From positions 64,001-128,000 of the forward strand of contig CAWGHO010000003.1 in NCBI GenBank assembly GCA_963822445.1: a stretch of 64,000 bases of DNA. The letters run 5' to 3'. The position numbers were made by a program, and so were the translations under genes. Source of the DNA: an uncultured Acidobacteriota bacterium (GTDB lineage Bacteria; Acidobacteriota; Thermoanaerobaculia; Gp7-AA8). Shown one piece after another: positions 1-9,552 of this stretch; the first letter of the stretch is position 1, and each line of letters opens with the position of its first letter. Under the pieces are notes generated by a model. The model was given only the letters and a program-made list of their open reading frames with translations. It searched no databases and was not told where the DNA came from.

Positions 1-1363
1 GCACGTACTGGTGATCGGGGCGGTTCTTCCAGAGCAGGCGCTTCCAGATGTCGACCACGCTGGTCGACGCGAGTGAGTTGAGTCCCGAGGCCGTGGCGGA
101 CATGGCCGCGCAGAAGATCGAGGCCATGAGCACGCCGACCAGACCGGTGGGCAGGTTCTCGATGATGAAGGTCAGGAAGACGTAGTCGGTGTCCTTCGCG
201 TCCGCTTTCGGATTGTTCTTGCGGATCAGGTCCGAAGCGGTCTTGCGCGTTTCCGCGTCGCGCTTCTGCAGAGATTGAATCTGCGCCGTGGCACTGGCGA
301 TGGTCGCGTCGTCGTTGGCGTCCATCGCCGCGACGAGCTTTGTCGCGGCCTGCTTCTTCTGCTCGAACGTTTGCTTGTGCGTGTTCTCGAGATTCGCGAA
401 CTCGCCGCTGTACTGGCTCGCCCGAAGACTCTGGGCCTGCACGCGATTGAACGACAGCGGCGGCGCGACGAACTGGTAGAAGACGAACACCATCGCCCCG
501 ACGAAGAGGATGAAGAACTGCATCGGCACTTTGACCATGCCGTTGAACAGCAGCCCGAGGCGGCTCTGGGTGATGGTCTCGCCGGTCAGATAGCGCTGCA
601 CCTGCGATTGGTCGGTGCCGAAGTAGGCCAGGGCGACCATCAATCCGCCGAAAAGGCCCGACCAGAAGTTGTAGGGCGTGGTCAGATCGAACGAGAAGTC
701 GATGACATTGATGCGGCCCATGCGTCCGGCAACGCGCACCGCATCGACGAGACCGACTTCCGCCGGCATCGATTTGATGGCGACGACGAGGGCCACGGCC
801 ATGCCGCCGAGGGAGATCAGGAGCTGATGCATGTGCGTCCAGCTCACTGCCTTCGTGCCGCCGGTGGTGGTGTAGATGATGACCAGCGCGCCGATGGCCG
901 TCGTGGTCAATTGAATGTTCCAGCCGAGGACCAGCGAGACGATCAGCGCCGGCGCGTACAACGTCATGGCCGTGCCGAGGCCGCGCTGGAAGAGGAAGAT
1001 CAGCGTGGTCAGCGTGCGCGTGCCGACGCCGAAGCGCGTTTCCAGATATTCGTAAGCGGTGAAGACTTTGAGGCGGTGGTAGATCGGCACCGCGGTGATG
1101 GAGAGGATGACCATGGCCACGGGCAGGCCAAGGTAGAACTGCACGAAGCGCATGCCGTCGACGTAGGCCTGGCCGGGCGTCGACAGAAAGGTGATCGCGC
1201 TGGCCTGCGTGGCCATGACCGACAGCGCGATCGTGTACCACTGCAGCTGCCGGTCGGCGAGCAGGTATTGCTCGAGCCGCTTCTGTTTTCTCCCCTTCCA
1301 GACGCCGTACGCGACGATCGCCGCGAGCGTGCCGGCCAGGACCAGCCAATCCGCAGTTCTCAT
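1..1363 (-). CDS. Sodium:solute symporter (SSS family), 3' end runs off the window
   Basis: Manual translation from ATG 1363: MRTADWLVLAGTLAAIVAYG...YLLADRQLQWYTIALSVMATQASAITFLSTPGQAY, a typical SSS N-terminus followed by many TM helices. Not in the ORF track because there is no stop in the window. Confidence 0.92.
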   Translation of the reverse strand, partial: MRTADWLVLAGTLAAIVAYGVWKGRKQKRLEQYLLADRQLQWYTIALSVMATQASAITFLSTPGQAYVDGMRFVQFYLGLPVAMVILSITAVPIYHRLKVFTAYEYLETRFGVGTRTLTTLIFLFQRGLGTAMTLYAPALIVSLVLGWNIQLTTTAIGALVIIYTTTGGTKAVSWTHMHQLLISLGGMAVALVVAIKSMPAEVGLVDAVRVAGRMGRINVIDFSFDLTTPYNFWSGLFGGLMVALAYFGTDQSQVQRYLTGETITQSRLGLLFNGMVKVPMQFFILFVGAMVFVFYQFVAPPLSFNRVQAQSLRASQYSGEFANLENTHKQTFEQKKQAATKLVAAMDANDDATIASATAQIQSLQKRDAETRKTASDLIRKNNPKADAKDTDYVFLTFIIENLPTGLVGVLMASIFCAAMSATASGLNSLASTSVVDIWKRLLWKNRPDHQYV

Positions 1364-1476
1364 TGAAAGGCCCTGGTGAACGCGTAGAAGACGATCACCT
1401 GCAACGCGAGGAAGAGGAGGACCGCCGCGTAGAGGCGGGGCCAGGTTTTCGCGATTGGCGGATTGGGCTCGGTCAT
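1360..1476 (-). CDS. Small (38 aa) single-TM protein coupled to the SSS gene
   Basis: MTEPNPPIAKTWPRLYAAVLLFLALQVIVFYAFTRAFQ; its TGA overlaps the symporter ATG (ATGA). Confidence 0.75.
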   Translation of the reverse strand: MTEPNPPIAKTWPRLYAAVLLFLALQVIVFYAFTRAFQ

Positions 1477-1483
1477 GAGAGGC

Positions 1484-1572
1484 GAATGCAGAATGCAGAA
1501 TGCAGAATGCAGAAAAGGTGCGTGGCTAGAGGGATCTCATCTTTCTGCATTCTGCATTCTGCCTTCTGCATT
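1484..1572. repeat. Heptamer tandem repeat (GAATGCA)x4 plus inverted (TTCTGCA)x4, forming a hairpin
   Basis: Seen directly at 1484-1511 and 1543-1570. Confidence 0.95.
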
Positions 1573-1582
1573 TGAGCTCCGC

Positions 1583-4075
1583 TCACTGCGCCGACACCAG
1601 GTTCACGAAGGCCCGAATCGCGCCCGGCACACCCGCCGGCAACTGCCGCCACCACGCGTAGCCGGTGTAGATGAACGCGCCCTTGCCGTGTTTCGCGTAG
1701 AGCTGGCCGCCTGGTTTTTCCGGCTCGCCGGGATCGTTCGTGGACAGCATCGTCGTGTACTTCGCGTCCCACTCGTTCGGGAAGTAGAGGCCGCGCTCCT
1801 GGACCCAGCCTTCGAAGTCCTTCGCGGTGATTTTGTTCGGCGCGGTGAGCAGAGGATGCGTCGCGGTGAGCAGCTTCACCGGCGCTTCCTCGACCGTCAC
1901 GCGATCGCGCGAGATCTTGAACGGGTACGGGCCCGGCGCGGGCACAGCCAGGTCGTCGAGCTGATTGGCGGTGTTGTACTGCACGACCATCGTGCCGCCG
2001 TTCTCCACGTACTGCATCAGCTTCTCGTGCGCGAGCTTCAGGCGGTCGCGCGTGTTGTAGGCGCGGATGCCGGCGATGATCGCGTCGTATTTCGCGAAGT
2101 CGCCGCGATCGAGATCGGCATCGGTCAGCAGCTCGACCTCATAGCCGACCTGCCGGAGGATGTTCGGGACGTCGTCGCCCGATCCCATGATGTAGCCGAC
2201 GCGCTGGCCGGCGCGTTTGATGTCCGCGCGGACGAGTTTCGCCGCGGCGTCGCCGAGGATTCGTTGCGCGGGGATGTGCGCGTAATCGATGTCCACGATC
2301 CCGTGCGTGACCACCGTGTCTTCGCTCACCTGCAACTGGGCCGTGAGGATTGCGGTGTCTTCATTGACAGGCGGCGTTACGTTGAAAGTCGCGCGCTGCT
2401 CGTCGCCTTTGCCGGTGAACTTCACCTCGCGCGACACCGGCTCGACTTGCCATCCGCCGGGGACGTTCAGTCTCGCGATTCCACTCGTCGCTCCGAAGCT
2501 CTTCATCCACATCGTCACCGGCCGCGTCTTCGCCTCGGGGAAGAGGTAAACGTTCGAGCCGAGCTTCACCGTCGCCGGCGGAACCACGTCCACTTCGCGC
2601 ACCTGCTCGCCTTTGACCGGATCGGTCCAGCGGTAAACGAGCGGCATCTGGAAGATCAGCGAGTTCATGGTCGGATCGGCGAGGACGACGTTGATCGGGA
2701 TCTCCGGCCAGTTGTCGGGACGGCCGATGTGCAGCTGGTTCTGGACGTTGTAGAGCCCTTTCGCGGGCGTCCGCTGCAACCAGTACGGCTGGGTGTAATC
2801 GAACTGCGTCGGGACCTTGATCTTGATGTCCGTCTTGACCGGCTTGTTGTTCTCGAGGAGCGTGCCCGGTGCGAGGCTGGGGTTTGCGTGCAGCGAGGCG
2901 ACCATCGACAGGCGGAAGGGATAGTCCGATCGATTGACGACGGTGACGCTGACCGGCAGTTCCGCGCCGGGAGTCGTCGTGGAATCCGCGGCGGAGACGT
3001 CGATGGCGATGCCCGCGCATTCGCGGATCGCTTCGAGCAGCTCGCGTTTTTTCGTATCGAGCCAAGGTAGCGTCTTTGCCGGCCATTCCGCGCTGAGCTG
3101 GCCGTCGAGTAATGCGTACGCCTTAACCAGCAGGGGCACCGAGGCCTGGGGATTGTCCGGATCGAACTTGTCCGCTGCTTCTTTCAAAAGCGCGCCGAGC
3201 TGTTCGCCTTTCGGATAACGGGACCAGCTCGTGTCGATGCCTTCGAAGAGATCTTTTTCCGCGGGGGCGCCCGCTTTCAGATCGAAGTAGTTGAGCAGCG
3301 TGCCGCGGCGCTCGGCCGATCCGAAGCCCTGGCTCTTGTGCTGGCTGCGGCTCTCCGCGGCGATCTCGGTGTACGCGCGGCCGAGCTGGCGGTTGTAGGT
3401 GCCGAGGTCGATGCGGAGGGATTTCGCAAGCGCGGGATCGTTCGGATCGACCGGGCGGCCGAAAGAAAAGCGGTTCCAGAAGATCCGCTTGGCCTGCCAG
3501 GGGGCGACGTACGGAAGTTGCTCCGGAAACTTGCCCGGATCGGCAGCCGCGACGAACGCCTCTTCGGCCAGGATCGAGGACGCCGTGTGATGACCGTGGC
3601 CGCCTTCGCCGGTGGGCGGAAAGCGGGTGATGATCACGTCGGGCTGGAATTTGCGGATGGCCCAGACCACGTCGGCGAGGACTTTCTCGTGGTCCCAGAT
3701 GGCGAGCGTCTCCGCGGGCGTTTTCGAATAGCCGAAGTCGACGGCGCGGGTGAAGAGCTGCTCGGCGCGATCGATCTTGCGGGCCTGCAGGAGCTCGTGC
3801 GTGCGAATCACGCCGAGGAGCGGGCCGGTTTCCTGGCCGATGAGATTCTGGCCGCCGTCGCCGCGCGTGACCGACAGATACGCGGTGCGATAGAGCCGCT
3901 CGTTCGCGAGCCAGGAGAGCAACGCCGTGTTCTCGTCATCGGGATGCGCGGCCACGTACAACGCGCTGCCGGTGACGCCGAGTTTTCGGAGAGCGATCTG
4001 CAACTCCGCCGCGGTGCGGGCGGGGAGGGGGAGGGCAATCGCGATCGTGAGAAGGAGGAGCAGGGCTCGACGCAT
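1583..4075 (-). CDS. Secreted PIG-L/LmbE-family deacetylase with C-terminal Ig-like and GATase-like regions
   Basis: Signal peptide; AHPDDE, TRGDGGQN and HGHH motifs; 830 aa. Confidence 0.9.
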   Translation of the reverse strand: MRRALLLLLTIAIALPLPARTAAELQIALRKLGVTGSALYVAAHPDDENTALLSWLANERLYRTAYLSVTRGDGGQNLIGQETGPLLGVIRTHELLQARKIDRAEQLFTRAVDFGYSKTPAETLAIWDHEKVLADVVWAIRKFQPDVIITRFPPTGEGGHGHHTASSILAEEAFVAAADPGKFPEQLPYVAPWQAKRIFWNRFSFGRPVDPNDPALAKSLRIDLGTYNRQLGRAYTEIAAESRSQHKSQGFGSAERRGTLLNYFDLKAGAPAEKDLFEGIDTSWSRYPKGEQLGALLKEAADKFDPDNPQASVPLLVKAYALLDGQLSAEWPAKTLPWLDTKKRELLEAIRECAGIAIDVSAADSTTTPGAELPVSVTVVNRSDYPFRLSMVASLHANPSLAPGTLLENNKPVKTDIKIKVPTQFDYTQPYWLQRTPAKGLYNVQNQLHIGRPDNWPEIPINVVLADPTMNSLIFQMPLVYRWTDPVKGEQVREVDVVPPATVKLGSNVYLFPEAKTRPVTMWMKSFGATSGIARLNVPGGWQVEPVSREVKFTGKGDEQRATFNVTPPVNEDTAILTAQLQVSEDTVVTHGIVDIDYAHIPAQRILGDAAAKLVRADIKRAGQRVGYIMGSGDDVPNILRQVGYEVELLTDADLDRGDFAKYDAIIAGIRAYNTRDRLKLAHEKLMQYVENGGTMVVQYNTANQLDDLAVPAPGPYPFKISRDRVTVEEAPVKLLTATHPLLTAPNKITAKDFEGWVQERGLYFPNEWDAKYTTMLSTNDPGEPEKPGGQLYAKHGKGAFIYTGYAWWRQLPAGVPGAIRAFVNLVSAQ

Positions 4076-4095
4076 GGAGGCGGAGGATAGTGGGG

Positions 4096-4158
4096 AAGTC
4101 GCAAAGTCTCAAAGTCGCAAAGCCTCAAAGTGTGATAGCCGTGTTACTTCTTTGAGAC
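4096..4158. repeat. Octamer tandem repeat (AAAGTCGC/AAAGTCTC)x4 with one inverted copy
   Basis: aagtcgc aaagtctc aaagtcgc aaagcctc aaag at 4096-4130; ctttgagac at 4150-4158. Confidence 0.8.
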
Positions 4159-5408
4159 AGCCATACGACATAGCCGTAGTTGGCGCCGGGGCGGCGGGTT
4201 TGACCGCGGCGATCTTCGCGAGGCGCGCGGCGCCGGACGCGCGGATCGTAGCGCTCGATGGCGCGCCGAAGATCGGGGCGAAGATTCTCATTTCAGGCGG
4301 CGGGCGCTGCAACGTCACGCATTACGCCGTCGATGCGCGCGATTTCAACGGGAATCGCAACGCCATCGGCAAGGTGCTGCGGACGTTCGACGTCGACGAG
4401 ACGGTGGCCTGGTTCGAAGAGATGGGCGTGATGCTGAAGCGCGAGGAAACGGGGAAGCTGTTTCCTGTCACCGACAAGGCCCGCACGGTCGTCGATGCGC
4501 TGTTGCGCGCGGCGGATGGCGTGGAGATCCGCACGGGCTATCGCGTTGAATCGATCGAGGCCGGCTTTCTCATCAACGGGGAGCTCGAGGCGAAGCGGGT
4601 GATTCTCGCGGCCGGCGGACGGAGCGTTCCCAAGACCGGCAGCGACGGAACCGGCTACCGCCTCGCAAAATCCCTCGGCCACACCGTGACCGATGTCTTT
4701 CCCGCGCTCGTGCCATTGATTCTCGAGGATGGGCACTGGCTGACCTCTCTGAGCGGCACGAGCACCGAAGCGGAGCTGTCCGTGCGCAGCGGTACGGGGC
4801 GTGTACTCGAGCGCGTCCGCGGATCGCTGCTGTTCACGCATTTCGGATTGAGCGGACCGGCGGCGCTGGATGTGTCGCGGCACTGGATCGCGGCGAAGCG
4901 GGAGGATGGGAGGGCGAGCCTCACTGCGAGCTTTCTGCCGGACGAGACGTTCGAGTCGCTCGACCGGTTGTTGCAAGCCGGGACCGTACGGGGACGGATT
5001 CCGGCGAGACTGCTGGAGGAACTCTTCGTACGGCGGGCGTCCCGCCCGCCTCTGCCGGGCATCCTGCCCGGCAGTCTCCCGCCGGGCGACACGCCCGGCG
5101 GATCGCGGGCGGGACGCCCGCCGTACGAGGCAATGACCAAAGACGCGCGCCGCACCCTCGTCCGCAACCTCCTCGAGCTCCCCCTCCCCGTCAAAGCCGA
5201 TCGCGGGTTCGATTACGCCGAGGTCACGGCGGGCGGCGTTCCGCTGAGCGAGATCGATCTCGCCACTATGGCCTCGCGCCGTTGCGACAACCTCTTCCTC
5301 TGCGGGGAGATCCTCGACGTCGACGGGCGGATCGGCGGGTTCAACTTTCAGTGGGCGTGGGCCAGCGGCAGGCTGGCCGGGATGAGCGCTGGCAGATTGC
5401 TTGACTAG
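4152..5408 (+). CDS. HI0933/BaiN-family NAD(P)/FAD-dependent oxidoreductase
   Basis: GAGAAG, KILISGGGRCNVT, GSDGTG, LFTHFGLSGP, VTAGGV, GGFNFQWAW. Start estimated at TTG 4152. Confidence 0.93.
   Translation: MRQPYDIAVVGAGAAGLTAAIFARRAAPDARIVALDGAPKIGAKILISGGGRCNVTHYAVDARDFNGNRNAIGKVLRTFDVDETVAWFEEMGVMLKREETGKLFPVTDKARTVVDALLRAADGVEIRTGYRVESIEAGFLINGELEAKRVILAAGGRSVPKTGSDGTGYRLAKSLGHTVTDVFPALVPLILEDGHWLTSLSGTSTEAELSVRSGTGRVLERVRGSLLFTHFGLSGPAALDVSRHWIAAKREDGRASLTASFLPDETFESLDRLLQAGTVRGRIPARLLEELFVRRASRPPLPGILPGSLPPGDTPGGSRAGRPPYEAMTKDARRTLVRNLLELPLPVKADRGFDYAEVTAGGVPLSEIDLATMASRRCDNLFLCGEILDVDGRIGGFNFQWAWASGRLAGMSAGRLLD
5026..5128. repeat. REP-doublet-like palindromic element inside the HI0933 CDS
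   Basis: Perfect 24-bp inverted repeat (5026-5049 / 5105-5128) enclosing two smaller hairpins. Confidence 0.9.
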
Positions 5409-5440
5409 TCAATCATTCACGCGTAGTGTGTCCGCTCTTC

Positions 5441-5950
5441 ATGGGCCTTCAGCGCGAGATCAAGCAGACCAAGCCCTTCGCCAACCCGGCGTCGGAAGCC
5501 ACGGTCTCGCTCCTCCTCACTGCCGATCTCGTCCGTCGCGCGGTCACGGCCATCGTCGAGCCGGCCGGCATCACCCTGCAGCAGTACAACGTCCTGCGCA
5601 TCCTGCGCGGCGCCGGAAAACAGGGCCTGCCGACCCTCGACATCGCCGAGCGGATGGTCGAGCAGACGCCGGGCATCACCCGCCTCATCGACCGGCTGGA
5701 ATCGAAGAAGTTGGTGATTCGCGAGCGGTGCAAAACCGACCGGCGCCAGGTCTTCTGCCGGATCACGCCATCGGGCCTGTCGCTGCTGGCGCGCCTCGAT
5801 CAACCCCTGCGCGACGCGGAGGAAACGGCACTGGCCGCGCTCACGTCGAAGCAACTGAAGCAGCTCATGAGTCTTTTGGATCTCGCAAGAAACGGCTTGC
5901 ACGCGGCGATCCGCTCGTCGCGCGCGGAACTCAAACTGGAGGCATCTTGA
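5441..5950 (+). CDS. MarR-family transcriptional regulator
   Basis: GITLQQYNVLRIL...PGITRLIDRLE...DRR...ITPSG winged-helix pattern. Confidence 0.93.
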   Translation: MGLQREIKQTKPFANPASEATVSLLLTADLVRRAVTAIVEPAGITLQQYNVLRILRGAGKQGLPTLDIAERMVEQTPGITRLIDRLESKKLVIRERCKTDRRQVFCRITPSGLSLLARLDQPLRDAEETALAALTSKQLKQLMSLLDLARNGLHAAIRSSRAELKLEAS

Positions 5951-6561
5951 AATCAATCGTTCGCAGTCTTCTCGTCGTAACTCTCGCAGCACTTCCGCTT
6001 CTCGCCCAGGAAGCCCAGACCACGGCGCCCGTCACGGAGTCGTGGACCATCGACAAGTCCCACTCGGCGGCGGAGTTCAAGGTCCGCCACCTCATGGCCA
6101 ACGTCGGCGGCCGCTTCAACGACTTCGACGCCGTCATCCACCTCGACCGCACCAAGGCTTCGAACTCGTCGGTCGAGTTCACCATTCAGGCGACGAGCAT
6201 CGACACGGGCAACAAGAACCGCGACGAGCATCTCCGCAGCCCTGACTTTTTCGACGTCGCCAAGTTCCCGACCATCACCTTCAAGAGCACGTCGATCAAA
6301 GAGCGCTCGAAGGATCTGTATGACGTGACCGGCGATCTGACCATGCACGGCGTGACCAAGCGAGTCACCCTGCCCGTGCAGTTCCTCGGCTTCGGCCGCG
6401 GACCCGGCGGCAGCGAGAAGGCCGGCTTCGAGATCAACGCCACGATCAACCGCAAGGATTACGGCGTGGTCTGGAACCGCAACCTCGACGAAGGCGGCGT
6501 CCTCCTCGGCGACGACGTCAAAGTCACGATCAATCTCGAGTTGAACAAGAAGAAGGTGTAA
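5947..6561 (+). CDS. YceI-family periplasmic lipid/polyisoprenoid-binding protein
   Basis: Signal peptide; WTIDKSHS, SIDTGNKNRDEHLRSPDFFD, GDLTMHGVTK. TTG start overlaps the MarR stop. Confidence 0.93.
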   Translation: MKSIVRSLLVVTLAALPLLAQEAQTTAPVTESWTIDKSHSAAEFKVRHLMANVGGRFNDFDAVIHLDRTKASNSSVEFTIQATSIDTGNKNRDEHLRSPDFFDVAKFPTITFKSTSIKERSKDLYDVTGDLTMHGVTKRVTLPVQFLGFGRGPGGSEKAGFEINATINRKDYGVVWNRNLDEGGVLLGDDVKVTINLELNKKKV

Positions 6562-6569
6562 GCGCGCCG

Positions 6570-6637
6570 GTGTGGTGCGGGCCTCTGGCCTGCCTTTGGT
6601 CCCCCGCCCCAGGGCAGGCCAGAGGCCCGCACCACAC
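6570..6637. repeat. REP-doublet-like inverted repeat between convergent genes
   Basis: 25-bp perfect IR gtgtggtgcgggcctctggcctgcc / ggcaggccagaggcccgcaccacac. Confidence 0.9.
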
Positions 6638-6639
6638 GG

Positions 6640-7023
6640 CTACTGCACCGAAAACGCGGGGCTCTTCTCCAGACACTCCAGCACAGCGCGCAGGATCTCC
6701 TGCGCGTTGATCGGCTTCGGCACGACGTCGCAGACATCGAGCTCGGAGAGGTCCGCGGCCAGGGCATCCGCATCGTCGGCGGAGATCACCACGACCCGCC
6801 CGACGAGCTCCGAGTGAACCTGGTGCAGCCACTGGACGAAGATCAGCCCTTCGCGCTCGGTGCGTTGGAGGTCGACGATCAGCACGGCGTAGCGTGTGAA
6901 GTCGCATTCGCGAGCCTCGGCGGTCGTCGTCAGTACGTCGACGGCAAAGTTGTTTTGCTCGAGAAACGCTTTGATGGGTGCAGATGTGCTCGCCGAGGGC
7001 TCTATCAGTAAAAGACGGTGCAT
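6640..7023 (-). CDS. Single-domain response regulator (receiver)
   Basis: RLLLIE...VLIVDL...VVVISA...KP receiver fold motifs. Confidence 0.8.
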   Translation of the reverse strand: MHRLLLIEPSASTSAPIKAFLEQNNFAVDVLTTTAEARECDFTRYAVLIVDLQRTEREGLIFVQWLHQVHSELVGRVVVISADDADALAADLSELDVCDVVPKPINAQEILRAVLECLEKSPAFSVQ

Positions 7024-7072
7024 GAACTTACGCTGTCCACAACACGTGCCCGGCGGCTATAGTGAGCCGTCA

Positions 7073-7468
7073 ATGCACGCGAAACGAGTGCTTCTCGCCC
7101 ACGGCGACTCGGTCGTCCAGCAGCTGGCCACGCGCGCGCTTTCGAGCCTCGGCGTCGCCGTCGATATCGCCACGGATCCCGCGGATGCCGTGCTGCACAT
7201 CGTCCGCGAGCCGTACACGGTGATTGCCGCGGAGCCCGACGAGGCCGTGCTGGCCGCGATCGCCGCGACCTACGTCGATCGCCGGCCGGTAGTCATCGTC
7301 ACGGCGCCCGATCCGGCGAACGCCGCGCTCGACGCCGACGTCGTCAGCATGGTCGTGCCCGAGCCGTACGATGCGCGAATGCTCGTCGGCGTGATCCTCG
7401 CCTGCGTCACGCCGATCCCGCCGAGCGATTTCTCTCTCCTCGCCGAAACGAGAAGAGAGATCGAGTAG
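7073..7468 (+). CDS. Degenerate receiver-like protein (no obvious phospho-Asp or KP)
   Basis: KRVLLAHGD...VVIVTA...EPYD pattern; TATAGT lies 9 nt upstream of the ATG. Confidence 0.6.
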   Translation: MHAKRVLLAHGDSVVQQLATRALSSLGVAVDIATDPADAVLHIVREPYTVIAAEPDEAVLAAIAATYVDRRPVVIVTAPDPANAALDADVVSMVVPEPYDARMLVGVILACVTPIPPSDFSLLAETRREIE

Positions 7469-7535
7469 CGCGCTACGACATCATCGTCGTACACTGACTG
7501 CCTTCCCTGACAAAACGAAGACGGTCGGAGGGCGA

Positions 7536-8654
7536 ATGGCAATCCTGCTGGCTCCCGATGTAGACGGCGCGTCCGCAGTCATGGCGCAGAACTTCGGCGT
7601 TTGCACCGCGCTCACGGCCTGGTCGAACGCGCTTCTCAACACCACTCTCTACCCCCTCGATCCGAAGCCGACGTGGTACGACGGGCTGCAAACGCAGTTG
7701 CAGTCGTGCAACGCCGCGGCGCGGACGTGGGTCGAAACGAGCGGTCCCTCCGTCGTAGCCGGAGCTCCGCAGTCATTCATCGACTTCGGGAATCTCTTCA
7801 ACGCCGCCGCGCCCGACGTGGAATCGACGATGACCGCCATCACCGCGAGCAACGGCACCGCCACCGCCGACCAGATGTCGCTGCTGACGCAGACGATCTC
7901 GACGCTGCTCGCGCAGGCTCAAAGCGCGCAGACGGCGGCAGGGACGTTCCAGTCCACCGTGAAGACGTTCGCCGACACGATCCGCATGCAGCACGACGCG
8001 CTGGCCACGACCATCTCCAACGCCGAGGCCACTCTGACGGCGGACGAGAAGCAGATCGCCAAGCTGCAGCGCACGATCGCGTCGCTGCAGAACACTCTCG
8101 GCATCGATTCGACCAGCGCGGCCAATACGGCCATGAGCGCGAACATGTCCGGCCTGACCCTCTTCGGCACGCTGCTGGTGTTCTCGCTCTTCACCATTGG
8201 CTCGGGAGGAGCGGCCTCGCCCTTGATCGCCATCGCCACGGCGGCGGTGACGGTGTCGGTGAACGGCGCCAGGAACGCCAGCCAGAGCCGGTCCGTTCAA
8301 GCCGATCTGGAGGCGCTCGGCGAGGATCAGCAAATGCTCGACGCGGATCATGCCCAGACGGCTGGACTGCGGGCGATTCTGAACATGCTCGACAAGCTCC
8401 TCGAATGCAACACCGCCGTCGCGTACGCGGCCGACATCATCGTTCCGATCTGGGACGACGTCGTGGCGCGTCTCGAGTACACCTCGGAGGTTCTGACCCA
8501 GCCGACGCTCGACCTAACGAAGGTCAGCGCGCTGACGATGTTCAGCGAAGCGGCAACGAAGTGGACGTCGATCGTCACCGCCGCCACGAACGTGCAGGCC
8601 TCGTCAATGTCGATGACCGGCAACATCACCCTCAGTGCGCAGGCCAGCGCATGA
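7536..8654 (+). CDS. Putative alpha-pore-forming toxin component 1 (Hbl/Nhe/ClyA-like)
   Basis: Helical; AARTWVETSGPSVVAGAPQSFIDFGNLF; coiled coil; hydrophobic hairpin GLTLFGTLLVFSLFTIGSGGAASPLIAIA; GGAGG RBS. Confidence 0.75.
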   Translation: MAILLAPDVDGASAVMAQNFGVCTALTAWSNALLNTTLYPLDPKPTWYDGLQTQLQSCNAAARTWVETSGPSVVAGAPQSFIDFGNLFNAAAPDVESTMTAITASNGTATADQMSLLTQTISTLLAQAQSAQTAAGTFQSTVKTFADTIRMQHDALATTISNAEATLTADEKQIAKLQRTIASLQNTLGIDSTSAANTAMSANMSGLTLFGTLLVFSLFTIGSGGAASPLIAIATAAVTVSVNGARNASQSRSVQADLEALGEDQQMLDADHAQTAGLRAILNMLDKLLECNTAVAYAADIIVPIWDDVVARLEYTSEVLTQPTLDLTKVSALTMFSEAATKWTSIVTAATNVQASSMSMTGNITLSAQASA

Positions 8655-9544
8655 GCGACGACACCAGTCTGGCGCCCGACGCCGACGCGACGTCGAGCCG
8701 GATGCGCGGTCTCGCCGAGAGCGTCTACGCGCTGTCGAGCTACGCCAGCGCGGTCAATCAGATCGATACCGATCCGATGTCCTTCAACACCGGCGGCATC
8801 ACCGGCACCGTCGATCCCTTTTCCACGCTTCCCGACTTCAAAGCCGCGGTGGTGGCGGCGCAGTCGCACGTGCAGGGATGGGCGCCCCTTTTCGTGGGCG
8901 TCATTCAGTGGATCCAGTCCGTGCAGGCGTTCGCGCCGCGGTTTTCGTCGGACGCGGAATCGATTCTGAGCACCATCACGGCGATCGGCACGCAGACGCC
9001 GTCGTCAGCCCAGCGGCAGACGATCCAAACAGCGTTCGCGGACATCAGCAGCGGCGTGGACGGACTGCACGACGGCATCACCAGTCTTCAGACGATGCTC
9101 GCCCAGTTCACCGACTTCATTCCCGGCGATCACGCCGCGCTCACCGCCGGCCCGGCCGACGTGATGACGGCCATCGGCAACGTGCAGGCCTGGTTCAGCG
9201 ATCACATCCCGGACTACACGGCGGGCTTGGGTGGACTGGACATCGAGGTGATCGCGGAGCTGAACGGATTCGAATCGCAGATCGTCACGGCCATGCAGAC
9301 CGCGCAGACGCAACTGCAGTCCGCCGTCACCATCTCGAACGATGCCGTTTCGTCGGCGTCGACGTTGCTCGACGCGACCGCCGATCTCTCCGTCAAGGCA
9401 AAGTCGGTCGTGACCTTCGTGACCGCGGCCTCCGACGCGGACCTCGCCTCGGCCGTCCAACGCATCGAGCTTCGGGCGGCGGAGGCTTCGTGGACTCAAC
9501 TCGGCCAGTACATCAACACCATCATCACCAACCTTCAACCGTAG
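8651..9544 (+). CDS. Putative alpha-pore-forming toxin component 2 (short, 297 aa)
   Basis: ATG 8651 overlaps the previous TGA. LSSYASAV, AQSHVQGW and AEASWTQL motifs are paralogous to its neighbours. Confidence 0.65.
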   Translation: MSDDTSLAPDADATSSRMRGLAESVYALSSYASAVNQIDTDPMSFNTGGITGTVDPFSTLPDFKAAVVAAQSHVQGWAPLFVGVIQWIQSVQAFAPRFSSDAESILSTITAIGTQTPSSAQRQTIQTAFADISSGVDGLHDGITSLQTMLAQFTDFIPGDHAALTAGPADVMTAIGNVQAWFSDHIPDYTAGLGGLDIEVIAELNGFESQIVTAMQTAQTQLQSAVTISNDAVSSASTLLDATADLSVKAKSVVTFVTAASDADLASAVQRIELRAAEASWTQLGQYINTIITNLQP

Positions 9545-9552
9545 GAGGACAC

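Noticed and set aside
275-1366. Long antisense or alternative-frame ORFs (also 1463-3070, 11248-12858, 30158-33112, 24756-26357 and many more)
   Set aside because: Shadow ORFs of high-GC coding regions; Arg-rich, motif-free and overlapping well-supported genes.
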